Below, one piece after another: positions 18,639 to 27,433 of a DNA stretch of 52,027 nucleotides. The first letter of the stretch is position 1. Each line of letters starts with the position of its first letter. Both the position numbers and the translations under genes were made by a program. The DNA is from Candidatus Binataceae bacterium (GTDB lineage: Bacteria; Desulfobacterota; Binatia; Binatales; Binataceae): NCBI GenBank assembly GCA_030037595.1, contig JASHQJ010000178.1:1-52027 (forward strand), written 5' to 3'. The notes beneath the pieces were generated by a model, which saw only the letters and a list, made by a program, of their open reading frames with translations, made no database searches and was not told the DNA's origin.

Positions 18639-19805
18639 ATGCCGCTTGTCAGTCCCGAGCACGAGGAGATCCGCCGCTCGGTCCGTGAGTTCGTCGAAGC
18701 CGAAGTCAAACCTATCGCCAACGACCTCGATCGCAACAACCAGGAAATCCCCGAGCAGGTGCTGAAGAAGATGGCCGAGCTCGGCTACTTCGGCATCATA
18801 TTCCCCGAAGAGCAAGGCGGGATGGGCCTCGACTATATCGCGATGGCGATCGTCACCGAGGAGCTGTCGCGCGGCTGGCTCTCCGTCGGCTCCGTGATGA
18901 CTCGCAACGTCATAACAGGCACGCTCATCGCGGCCAACGGCACCGAGGAGCAGAGGCAGCGCTTCATGCCGAAGATCGCGCGCGGCGAGATCCTCACCGC
19001 GGCGGCGTTCACCGAGCCGGATTCGGGCAGCGATACTGCGTCATTCAAAACGCGCGCAGTGAAACAGGGCGACGGCTACCTCATCAAGGGATCAAAGATG
19101 TGGTGCACGTTCGCCAATCGCGCGCAGATGCTCACCGTGATGACGCGCACCGATCCCGACATCTCCAAGCGCCACCGAGGACTCTCGCTAATCCTGTTCG
19201 AGAAACAACCCGGCGATAACTTCATGCCGCCGCAGCTCACCGGCTCGCCGATCCCGACGATCGGCTATCACGGCATGCGGAGCTATGCGCTCCAATTCGA
19301 CGACGCCTACGCTCCCAAGGAGAATCTGATCGGCGGTCAGGAGGGCAGGGGATTCTACCAGCTTATGTCGTCATATGAGGCGGCGCGAATACAGACCGCG
19401 GCGCGCGGCGTCGGCGTCGCGCAGGCGGCCTTCGAGTGCGCGGTGAAGTATTGCAAGCAGCGCACGCAGTTCGGCCAGCCGATCGGCGATTTCCAGGTGA
19501 TCCGCCACAAGATCGCGCACATGGCGGTCGAGATCGAGGCAGCCCGCCAGCTCTGCTACTACGCCGCGTCGCAGAAAGACACGGGCAAGCGCAGTGACTA
19601 CGAGGCCGGCCTCGCCAAAGCGTTCGCGGCTGAGATGGCCGAGCGAGTGACGCGCGAAGCGATGCAGGTGCACGGCGGCTACGGCTACTCGATGGAATTC
19701 GAGGCGCAGCGCTTTTGGCGCGACGCGCGCGTGCTGTCTATCTTCGAGGGCACCAGCGAAATCCAGTACGAGGTCATCGGGCGGCGCATCATGGAGCAGA
19801 GCTGA
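18639..19805 (+). CDS. mcd: Acyl-CoA dehydrogenase, probable (2S)-methylsuccinyl-CoA dehydrogenase
   Basis: FTEPDSGSD, YEAARIQTAARGVGVAQAA, DARVLSIFEGTSEIQ; sits in the ccr-mcl cluster. Confidence 0.72.
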   Translation: MPLVSPEHEEIRRSVREFVEAEVKPIANDLDRNNQEIPEQVLKKMAELGYFGIIFPEEQGGMGLDYIAMAIVTEELSRGWLSVGSVMTRNVITGTLIAANGTEEQRQRFMPKIARGEILTAAAFTEPDSGSDTASFKTRAVKQGDGYLIKGSKMWCTFANRAQMLTVMTRTDPDISKRHRGLSLILFEKQPGDNFMPPQLTGSPIPTIGYHGMRSYALQFDDAYAPKENLIGGQEGRGFYQLMSSYEAARIQTAARGVGVAQAAFECAVKYCKQRTQFGQPIGDFQVIRHKIAHMAVEIEAARQLCYYAASQKDTGKRSDYEAGLAKAFAAEMAERVTREAMQVHGGYGYSMEFEAQRFWRDARVLSIFEGTSEIQYEVIGRRIMEQS

Positions 19806-20293
19806 TGGCAATCACGAGTGACGGCAGCTACTTCGAGGATTTCAATGTCGGCGACACGCTGATACATCCGCGCGGCCGCACGATCACGGAGGCCGACAAT
19901 CACAACTTCACCTCACTGGTGATGAACACGGCCGAGCTGCACTACAACCAGGATCTAATCGACAAGAATCCCGGCGCTTATGTCGGCGGCAAGCTGCTCG
20001 TGTATGGCGGCGTGGTGCTTGCGTTTACGGTCGGCCTCGCGTCGGAGGACACCAGCGAAAACGCAATCACTGAGCTCGAGATGGATAACGGCAAGCACAC
20101 CAATCCCGTTTTCCACGGCGATACGATTTACGCCGAATCGACGGTGCTTGATAAACGCGACGCCGATCGCCCAGACGCCGGCATCGTGAAGTTCAAGCTC
20201 GTCGGCAAGAAACCCGACGGCACCGTTGTCGTCGAAATCGAGCGCACCGTGCTCATCAAACGCAAATCGCACTACGCAAATACCGGCGTCTGA
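19805..20293 (+). CDS. MaoC-like hotdog protein resembling the C-terminal half of mesaconyl-CoA hydratase
   Basis: TGATG coupling to the upstream gene; NTAELHYN, VYGG and GKHTNPVFHGDTIYAES motifs. Confidence 0.8.
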   Translation: MAITSDGSYFEDFNVGDTLIHPRGRTITEADNHNFTSLVMNTAELHYNQDLIDKNPGAYVGGKLLVYGGVVLAFTVGLASEDTSENAITELEMDNGKHTNPVFHGDTIYAESTVLDKRDADRPDAGIVKFKLVGKKPDGTVVVEIERTVLIKRKSHYANTGV

Positions 20294-20326
20294 TCGCCCA
20301 GGCGGCGCCGAACTGGAGAAACAATC

Positions 20327-21364
20327 ATGTTCGTTCTCGACAAGGGACAACGCTTTGTCATCCCGCGCACCGAGATGACCTATCCCGGCCATAACCTCAA
20401 GCTGCATCAGAACGCCGCCGACGCGCAGAAGTCGCCGGTCGATCACGTGATGGCGGATTTCGAGGACGCCTGTCCTTACGAATTCAAGGGCGAGAAGAGC
20501 CGCAAGGTAATGGTCGAGGCGATGAACACGCTCGACTTCGGCAAGAAAGTCGTTTCGATTCGCCCCAACAACATCCACTCGAAATTCTTCAAGGGCGACA
20601 TGGAAGCGATCATGCTGGGCGCGCCGAACCGCTTCCACGGTATCATGCTGCCGAAGACGCGCGGGGCCGAGGAAATCCGCGAAGTGTCGAAGCTGCTCGA
20701 CGATCTCGAGAAGCGGGGAGGCTGGAAGTATCGCGTGCAGATCGAGTCGCTGATCGAAACGCCGCACGCGCTGATCAAGGCGTACGATATTGCCACCGCA
20801 TCCGACCGGATGTGCGGGCTCGTGTTTGGAATCGCGGACTACGCTGCCAACCTCGGCATCCGCGAGATCGTCGAGAATCAGAACCAGAATTTCCATTACT
20901 CGAAGCAGGCCGTTGTCGTGGCGGCGAAGGCTGCCGGATTGCACGCGGTGGACAACGTTTTCCTTCGCTTGTGGCGCAAGGAAGATTCACCCGATCGCGT
21001 AAAGGAACTGCAGGGTCAGCTCCGCGCCAAGAATGAAGGCGCGGCCAACCTCGGCATGGACGGCACCTGGGTAATTCATCCCCAGCAGGCCGAAATCGCG
21101 AACTCTTGCTACACGCCGAGCCAGGAGCAGATCGACGAAGCGCGCCGCGTGGTGAAGCTCTACCACGAGAAGGGTGGAGGCTCGATGGCGGATCCCAAGT
21201 CGGGTGAGATGATCGACGAGGCGACGATCAAGATCGCGCTGATGGATCTCGCAAAGGGCACGCAGGCCGGGATGGTCTCGGACGCGGAGCTGCGCGAGTG
21301 GTCGGCCAAGAGCCGCGATATCACGGGCTACGACATCCTGGAGCTGATGCGCCGCGTCGCGTAG
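20327..21364 (+). CDS. mcl: CitE/HpcH-family CoA-ester lyase, probable malyl-CoA/beta-methylmalyl-CoA lyase
   Basis: DFEDA, IMLPK, LIETP, FGIADYAA, WVIHPQQ, MIDEA; ethylmalonyl-CoA pathway context. Confidence 0.75.
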   Translation: MFVLDKGQRFVIPRTEMTYPGHNLKLHQNAADAQKSPVDHVMADFEDACPYEFKGEKSRKVMVEAMNTLDFGKKVVSIRPNNIHSKFFKGDMEAIMLGAPNRFHGIMLPKTRGAEEIREVSKLLDDLEKRGGWKYRVQIESLIETPHALIKAYDIATASDRMCGLVFGIADYAANLGIREIVENQNQNFHYSKQAVVVAAKAAGLHAVDNVFLRLWRKEDSPDRVKELQGQLRAKNEGAANLGMDGTWVIHPQQAEIANSCYTPSQEQIDEARRVVKLYHEKGGGSMADPKSGEMIDEATIKIALMDLAKGTQAGMVSDAELREWSAKSRDITGYDILELMRRVA

Positions 21365-21396
21365 CGACTCATCGGCTATCGCGGGGCGCGGTTCGC

Positions 21397-22311
21397 ATGC
21401 GAGTTATGATGCGGCGTCTTGGATGTTCGCATCGCGATCGGGAGAGCGCGCCGGGCCGTTGGCTCATCACATTCGGATTGAGTCTCGCCGCCGCGCTATG
21501 GCTTGCAGAGCCGGCGCGCGCCGATCTTAGCCAGCGCTACTTCGTCGGCAACTTCCTCGGCTACTCCGCGCAGCCTTACGATTACATCTCGCTTTCGGGA
21601 TCGGTGAGCCGCGGCGCGGATTCTGCCCTGCTCTACGTCGAAAAGACGGTCTCTTCCGTTTCCAGTCTGTCGCTGTCCGCCAGCATCCAGCATTACGGAG
21701 GCAACGATCACGCCACAGGATGGAACGACCTGGATTTTTCCTACAAGCAGACGGTTTTGCAGTGGGATGCCTCGGACTTTCTGGTCTCGCTGGGGCCTAA
21801 TCTTGAGGTGCCCAACGGCGACGAGAGTGTCGGCGCGAGCCAGCATACCAAGGCGGGCGCGGATCTGCTGTTTGCGAAAGGTCTTGTCGAAGTCCCCGAC
21901 TCGATGGCGGCGTTGCGCGCGTTCCAGTTCGAAGGCGACTACTTCTGGGACGCGAACATCAGCGGACCGAGCGAGAACTTGCTACTCACCAACACCGAGA
22001 TTGAGTATTCGATTGGCTATCTCGACAAGTATGTGACCGGCGCGCAGGTGAATGAATTCTTGGGTCACCTGACACCGCATCTGGACTTCGAGTACGCGCA
22101 ATACCTGAGCACGCGAGAAAACTCAACTGCGCCGGATTTTGAACTGACGCCGGGGGTTGCGTGGATCAACCGGATCTTCGAAATCAACCTGGGGCTGCAG
22201 ATTGGGATGAATCACAGCTCGACTGTGACCGGCAACGTCGGCTTCGTATGGCTCCTCGGCGTGTCATTCGACGAGGTATGGCCCGCACTCGGCTGGACAC
22301 CGTTTCGATGA
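21397..22311 (+). CDS. Exported protein, putative outer-membrane beta-barrel (hypothetical)
   Basis: Signal-like WLITFGLSLAAALWLAEPARA and alternating aromatic/polar strands; start codon uncertain. Confidence 0.6.
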   Translation: MRVMMRRLGCSHRDRESAPGRWLITFGLSLAAALWLAEPARADLSQRYFVGNFLGYSAQPYDYISLSGSVSRGADSALLYVEKTVSSVSSLSLSASIQHYGGNDHATGWNDLDFSYKQTVLQWDASDFLVSLGPNLEVPNGDESVGASQHTKAGADLLFAKGLVEVPDSMAALRAFQFEGDYFWDANISGPSENLLLTNTEIEYSIGYLDKYVTGAQVNEFLGHLTPHLDFEYAQYLSTRENSTAPDFELTPGVAWINRIFEINLGLQIGMNHSSTVTGNVGFVWLLGVSFDEVWPALGWTPFR

Positions 22312-23283
22312 AGCCGATTCGCCTGCGCGAGTGCGCTGCCGTCACGCTGCGCCCGACGCCGCCCCCTTTCACTTCGACGGAACCTTTCATAAGCCGTCGC
22401 ACCTTCCGGCGCCGCTCGATGCATGGGAGCCCGGTTGGTATTGGCATACGCTGCGCGCAGGCGGGCGACTCTGCGGCGTGCGAATCCGCGCGGCGGTAAC
22501 ATCGGCGAAGCCGGCTCTTCGCGTTGCGCTGTACGCTCGCGGACGTGTCAGTGCCGGTGATCGCGATGCGATTCGGCGCGAGTTGCGATGGCGCTTCGAT
22601 CTCACGGCGGACCTTCGGAAGTTCAGTCGGCAGGCGCGGCAAAATCGACGCCTGCGCACCGTTGTAAGCAAATGGCGCGACACACGCGATTCGTGCGCCT
22701 ACAGCATCTACGAGCTGCTCGTCGTTTCGCTCCTCCTGCAAAACGCCACGGTGAGGCGCACGGTGCAGATGATGCAGTCGCTGCTGGAAGCATTCGGCAC
22801 CAAGCTCACCTTCGACGGGAAGACGCTCTTTGCGATCTGGCGGCCGGCAGAGGCCGCCGCAGTCTCCGAGTCCGATCTGAGGGCGCTCAAGATAGGCTAC
22901 CGTGCGCGCTTCCTGAAGCGGCTATCTGCCGACTTCGCCAAGCGCAAGGTTGACGAGATGAAGCTGCGGGCTCTTGATGCCGACGCGGCGCGAAAGGAGC
23001 TCATGAGACACTCTATGAAGTAGGGCCCGAGACGGCGCGCATCCTGCTCCATCCGGCCTGCCATCATAATGTGCCGCTCGATCATATCGCGCCGTGGCAG
23101 CAGAAGATTTATTCGCGGCTGTTCTACAATCGATCGATGGTGCCGGTGCGAAGGATAGTGCGCGACTTCAATCACCAATTCGGCGACTACGCGAGCCTCT
23201 CAATCAGTTAGACGTGGGAGGATCTCTTCTGGCGGCACGCGCAGAAGCCGAACCCGTGGCTAGGGAAGGAGATCAGGTTGTAG
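22308..23283 (+). pseudogene. Disrupted HhH-GPD DNA glycosylase (AlkA/Ogg-like)
   Basis: Reads MKPIRL...TPP / PFHFDGTFHKP...LLLQNATV...IGYRAR...ELM / LYEVGPETARILL...WEDLFW...KEIRL. Two frameshifts (about 22362 and about 23008) and an in-frame TAG at 23209-23211. Confidence 0.8.
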
Positions 23284-23347
23284 GGTTCCACGGCGGCATG
23301 CATTTTTCTCCCTCACTCGACGTCGCGGTGGCGGCCGCAGCGGCCTT

Positions 23348-23374
23348 GATTCCTCGCGCCACGCTCGGAATGAC
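23348..23374. repeat. REP-like palindromic element (GATTCCTCGC..GCTCGGAATGAC type)
   Basis: GATTCCTCGCGCCACGCTCGGAATGAC resembles a widespread intergenic repeat (recalled); single copy in this window. Confidence 0.45.
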
Positions 23375-23399
23375 GAACGGTTGGCTGGTGCGCGCAATT

Positions 23400-23437
23400 C
23401 TCCATCTCCCTGACCAGGGAGAGGACTTAGGTGAGGG
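23400..23437. repeat. REP-like palindromic element (CCCTCACC..CCTCTCCC-n-GGGAGA type)
   Basis: Minus strand CCCTCACCTAAGTCCTCTCCCTGGTCAGGGAGATGGAG, containing a TCTCCCTG/CAGGGAGA hairpin. Confidence 0.5.
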
Positions 23438-23469
23438 TCGTCCGATCTGCGAAATGCCCGTGCGGTTTC

Positions 23470-24525
23470 TTACGGCACGGGGGCGACGTTCAGCAGGCCG
23501 GCGGCTTCGTCGAATCCCAGCATGATGTTCAAATTCTGGATCGCCTGGCCGGCCGCGCCTTTGCCCAGATTATCGATCGCCGTGATCACGAGCAGCGTGC
23601 CGGTGCGGCGATCGAGCATGTAGGCGATTTCGCAGAAGTTGGTCGCGCGAACATTCTTGATCTCCGGCAGCTCGCCCGGTTTCATGATGCGGACGAAACG
23701 CGACTTGGCGAAGCTCGCCTCGAATGCCGCCGCGACGTCCGACTCGGTCGTGCCCGCGCGCGGGCGCATAAAAATCGACGACAGGATTCCGCGCGTGACC
23801 GGCAGCAGGTGCGGCACGAAGAGGATTGCGACCTCTCGGCCGAGCGCTGCGCTGATCTCCTGCTCCATCTCGGGAGTATGCCGATGCTTGCCGACGTTGT
23901 AGGCGCGGAAATTCTCGTTGACTTCCGCGTAGAGCTGCTCGATCGCGGCGGCGCGCCGCGCGCCGGTCGTGCCGGACTTGGAATCGATAATGATCGACGA
24001 CGGTTCGATGAGATCGCGCTTGATGAGCGGCAGCAGCGCGAGCAGCGCCGCCGTCGGGAAGCATCCGGGATTCGCGACCAACCGCGCCTCCCGGATCTGC
24101 GCGCGATGGAATTCGGTTAGACCGTAAACCGCTTGTCGCAAAAGCCCCGGAGCAGGATGGTCGACACCGTATGTAGTGCGGTACTGGACGGGATCGGTCA
24201 GGCGGAAGTCGGCGGAGAAGTCGATTACATCGACTTCGTCTTTCACCAGCTCCGCGACCATCGTGGTGCCGACTTTTTCCGGCAGGCACGAGAGCACGAA
24301 ATCGGCCCGGCCGCGCAGCAGGTCGGCGCGCAGCTCTTCGAAGGGCGGGAGATCGACGCCCGCGAGATGGCGGAACACGTCGGCCACTTCGCGCCCGGCG
24401 TAGTGTTCAGATGTGAGGACGCTCAGCTCGACGAAAGGATGACTGGCGAGTATCCGGACCGCTTCGATACCCGAATAGCCCGAAGCCCCAACCACGGCCA
24501 CTCTGACTTTGTCATGCGAAGCCAT
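23470..24525 (-). CDS. argC: N-acetyl-gamma-glutamyl-phosphate reductase
   Basis: GASGYSG, IDFSADFRL, VYGLTE, ANPGCFPT, HRHTPEM, IDNLGKGAAGQAIQNLN. Confidence 0.97.
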   Translation of the reverse strand: MASHDKVRVAVVGASGYSGIEAVRILASHPFVELSVLTSEHYAGREVADVFRHLAGVDLPPFEELRADLLRGRADFVLSCLPEKVGTTMVAELVKDEVDVIDFSADFRLTDPVQYRTTYGVDHPAPGLLRQAVYGLTEFHRAQIREARLVANPGCFPTAALLALLPLIKRDLIEPSSIIIDSKSGTTGARRAAAIEQLYAEVNENFRAYNVGKHRHTPEMEQEISAALGREVAILFVPHLLPVTRGILSSIFMRPRAGTTESDVAAAFEASFAKSRFVRIMKPGELPEIKNVRATNFCEIAYMLDRRTGTLLVITAIDNLGKGAAGQAIQNLNIMLGFDEAAGLLNVAPVP

Positions 24526-24575
24526 CAGGGATAGCGCCTTTCGTCTAAGGTTTTACGCGAACGAAATCCAAGTAT

Positions 24576-24593
24576 CATGAATTTGTAAGCAAA
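24576..24593. promoter_or_regulatory. Possible ARG box upstream of argC
   Basis: CATGAATTTGTAAGCAAA is one mismatch from TGNAT-N4-ATNCA; single box only. Confidence 0.3.
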
Positions 24594-24617
24594 GCCACTT
24601 AGACGCGTTTGCGTGAA

Positions 24618-26867
24618 CTATTTGGTGTCGAATTCGAACACCATCTCGCTCGGCGCGTTGGCTGGATCGTGCCCGAGTTTCTCGATGTAGAGCCGGACGA
24701 CCTCGTCCTTGGGATTCTCGGTATGCATCGCTTCGAGCTCAGACTTGGCGTTGGCCGCCGCGCCGCTGTGGATCAAGTCTATCACCGACGCAAAACGGCG
24801 ATAGAAGGCGGGGTCGACGCCGTCGCCTTCGTGGGCGGCCACCTCGACGACCGGCACGAGCTGCTCCTTGCCCTTGACCTTCACGAGGCCGAGCTCGCGC
24901 GCGATGTACTTGCCGCGAGATTCGTTGAGCGTCTGGCGGCTGGCCAGCAGATGCACCTTGAAGTGGCGCGTCAGGCCCTCGAGGCGCGACGCGAGGTTCA
25001 CGGTGTCGCCGATCACGGAGTAGTCGAAGCGGTTGGCGCCGCCAAAGTTGCCGACGATCGCCTCGCCGGTCGCGATGCCGATGCCAATGTCGATGTCCTT
25101 GAAGCGCGGGTCGTTCTTTTGCAGCGAGCGCAATTCGGCGAGCATCGCGAGCGCCGCATCGATCGCGGCGCCGGCCTGGTTCGCCACTTCTACCGGTGCA
25201 CCCCAGAACGCCATGATTCCATCGCCGCGGATCTTATCGACCACGCCGCCGCTTTCGAGGATTCGATCGGTCATCTTGGTCATGTAGTCGTTGAGCAGCG
25301 CGACCAGTGCTGCGGGGTCGGTTCTCTCGGAGAGTCCGGTGTAATTGACGATATCGGCAAACAGGATCGTCATCACGCGGCGCTCGCCGCCGAGCTTCAG
25401 GCCCTCGGGCTTGGCCACCAGCGATTCGATCACCTCAGGATGCAGGTAATGCTCGAAGGCGTGGCGGAGATGGCGCTTCTCGCGGCCCTCGGTCGCGTAG
25501 CGGTAGCTGACCAGTGCAAGGTAGGTGAGGGCGAGGGTAGAAAGCGGGAACACGACGCCGATGATTTCGCCACTCATGTCGAGCCGGTACTGCGCGAACG
25601 CGAAATAGCCGAATCCCAGTAGCAGCGCCGCGATCAAGGCGCTCACGGCGGAAACTGTTCCGGCGGCGATCGCGATTGAAACGCCGACGATTGCGCCCGC
25701 TGCCAGTTCGATGATCGGCTCACGCGGCTTGAAGACGAAATCACCTTTGAGGACGTTATCGATCGCGGTCGCATGAATCTCGACGCGCGGTGTCTCGCCG
25801 CTGAATGGCGTAACTCCGCGATCGCCGAGCCCCGTCGCCGTCAACCCGATCACAACGATATGGCTAGCGAGACTCGCCTTCGGGACCTTGTGATCGATGA
25901 TATCGGAGACTGAGAAGCGCGGTATCGTTCCCTGCGGGCCGCGGTAGCGGAGCAGCATGTGGCCGCCGAGATCAACCGGAATCTGTTCGCCGGCGATCTG
26001 CACTCCCTGCACGCCGAACTGGTCGAGGCGCAGGATCAACGCCGAATCGTTGGTGGCGGCGCGTACGGCCGCGAGAAACATCGGTACGCAATACGCGCCG
26101 TCGAAAGGGATCACCGTGTACTCGTCGCGGATCGCGCCGTCGAGATCGTGATCGATGTTGACGAACGCGATCGACTGGGCAGCTTGGTTGAGCGACGGGA
26201 TCGGTGGAATGTACTGGGTGGCGAAAAAGAGCGGCGGCTGCGGACCCGGCGCCTGGTTCACGATGTTGTAAACCAGCGGCCCGGGCTGGCGAATCTTGCT
26301 TAGCGCGCCTACCACGTTGGACTCCGCGGTATTCTTCGTGCCGGCCTCGAAGACAGTCTCAAAGAAGTAGGGCAGAATCGTTTCGCCCTGCGCCTTGATC
26401 GCCGCGGCGAGGGCCTGGTCGCCGCTGAGGCCGACGGCCTGCGCGATCTCGTTAGGCGCGAGCTTCAGCGCCTTGAGGTTGTCCGCGATCGTTGAACGCT
26501 CGATGTCGGTTTCACCGCGCTCAGTGAACATCACGTCGGAAGCGATGATCGCGACCTGGTAGTAGTTCTTGAGCGAGGTCACGAGCTTGGCCATCGTGTC
26601 ACGCGGCCACGGCCATTGCCCAAGCTCATCGATCGAGGCGTCGTCGATGGCGGCGATATCGACCACGCCGGTCGGCGGCGCGACCTGCCCTGAATACATG
26701 CGGAGGTCGTTGACCTTGAGATCGAGAAACTCAAACGCGTCAGGCTGCCGGTAGCGCGCGATGAACATCAGCACCACGACCAGTAGGCCAAGGGCGATAG
26801 TTCTCTTATGCCCGCGAACGCGGACCGTCGTGGCTTTCCGGGTTGTTCTCGATCCTCTCGTTGCCAT
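24618..26867 (-). CDS. CHASE2-domain membrane adenylate/guanylate cyclase (class III)
   Basis: IDDASI..GQWPWPR CHASE2 motif and transmembrane helices. Cyclase motifs LFADIVNYT, DKIRGDGIMAFWGAP and DYSVIGDTVNLASRLEGL. Confidence 0.93.
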   Translation of the reverse strand: MATRGSRTTRKATTVRVRGHKRTIALGLLVVVLMFIARYRQPDAFEFLDLKVNDLRMYSGQVAPPTGVVDIAAIDDASIDELGQWPWPRDTMAKLVTSLKNYYQVAIIASDVMFTERGETDIERSTIADNLKALKLAPNEIAQAVGLSGDQALAAAIKAQGETILPYFFETVFEAGTKNTAESNVVGALSKIRQPGPLVYNIVNQAPGPQPPLFFATQYIPPIPSLNQAAQSIAFVNIDHDLDGAIRDEYTVIPFDGAYCVPMFLAAVRAATNDSALILRLDQFGVQGVQIAGEQIPVDLGGHMLLRYRGPQGTIPRFSVSDIIDHKVPKASLASHIVVIGLTATGLGDRGVTPFSGETPRVEIHATAIDNVLKGDFVFKPREPIIELAAGAIVGVSIAIAAGTVSAVSALIAALLLGFGYFAFAQYRLDMSGEIIGVVFPLSTLALTYLALVSYRYATEGREKRHLRHAFEHYLHPEVIESLVAKPEGLKLGGERRVMTILFADIVNYTGLSERTDPAALVALLNDYMTKMTDRILESGGVVDKIRGDGIMAFWGAPVEVANQAGAAIDAALAMLAELRSLQKNDPRFKDIDIGIGIATGEAIVGNFGGANRFDYSVIGDTVNLASRLEGLTRHFKVHLLASRQTLNESRGKYIARELGLVKVKGKEQLVPVVEVAAHEGDGVDPAFYRRFASVIDLIHSGAAANAKSELEAMHTENPKDEVVRLYIEKLGHDPANAPSEMVFEFDTK

Positions 26868-26948
26868 CGCGAATTAGCCGAGATTAGCGCGCCGAACGCT
26901 GACGCGCTAATCGCAGCGGCAGCCGCAAAGCTGGCTCCACTCAGGGCG

Positions 26949-26990
26949 AAAAAGAAACGAGGCGCGGAAAGGAAAGCCCTCGCGCCTCGT
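26949..26990 (-). terminator. Rho-independent terminator of rplM-rpsI
   Basis: ACGAGGCGCG/CGCGCCTCGT 10-bp stem followed on the minus strand by TTCTTTTT. Confidence 0.75.
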
Positions 26991-27014
26991 CGTACAAGCG
27001 GATTTGGAACGGAG

Positions 27015-27413
27015 TTAGCGCTTGGAGTACTGCGGCCGCTTGCGCGCCTTGTGATGGCCGTACTTCTTGCGCTCGACCTCGCGCGAATCGCGCGTGAGCA
27101 TCCCGTTCTTGCGAAGTGAGGGGCGCATCGCCTCGGACGCGGCAACAAGTGCGCGCGAGATACCGTGGCGGAGCGCGTCGGCCTGCGCCGCGGTGCCGCC
27201 GCCCTCGACGTTGGCGAGGACGTCGTACTGGCCTGCGGTCTCGGTTACCTCGAACGGCTCGAGGATGCGCATCCGGGAAGTGTCGCGCGGGAAGTAATCG
27301 TCGAGGGTGCGCGCGTTAATCGTGATTGTGCCGGAGCCCGGCAGGAGCCGGACGCGCGCGACGGCCGACTTCCGCCGCCCTGTGCTCCAGATGATGTTCT
27401 TCTTTTCTGGCAT
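27015..27413 (-). CDS. rpsI: 30S ribosomal protein S9
   Basis: TGRRKSAVARV, GGGTAAQADALRHGISRAL, LTRDSREVERKKYG...PQYSKR. Confidence 0.98.
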   Translation of the reverse strand: MPEKKNIIWSTGRRKSAVARVRLLPGSGTITINARTLDDYFPRDTSRMRILEPFEVTETAGQYDVLANVEGGGTAAQADALRHGISRALVAASEAMRPSLRKNGMLTRDSREVERKKYGHHKARKRPQYSKR

Positions 27414-27433
27414 GTGAGTTCCGTGTCGTTCGA

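Noticed and set aside
23209..23211. In-frame TAG codons (also 36855) as possible pyrrolysine or stop-codon recoding
   Set aside because: Both genes also carry frameshifts, and TAG terminates many intact genes in the window.
24609..25622. Long alternative-frame ORFs (also 19955-20944, 40962-42203, 44191-45102, 49882-51048)
   Set aside because: They overlap well-supported genes and lack family motifs; such ORFs are expected in GC-rich DNA.
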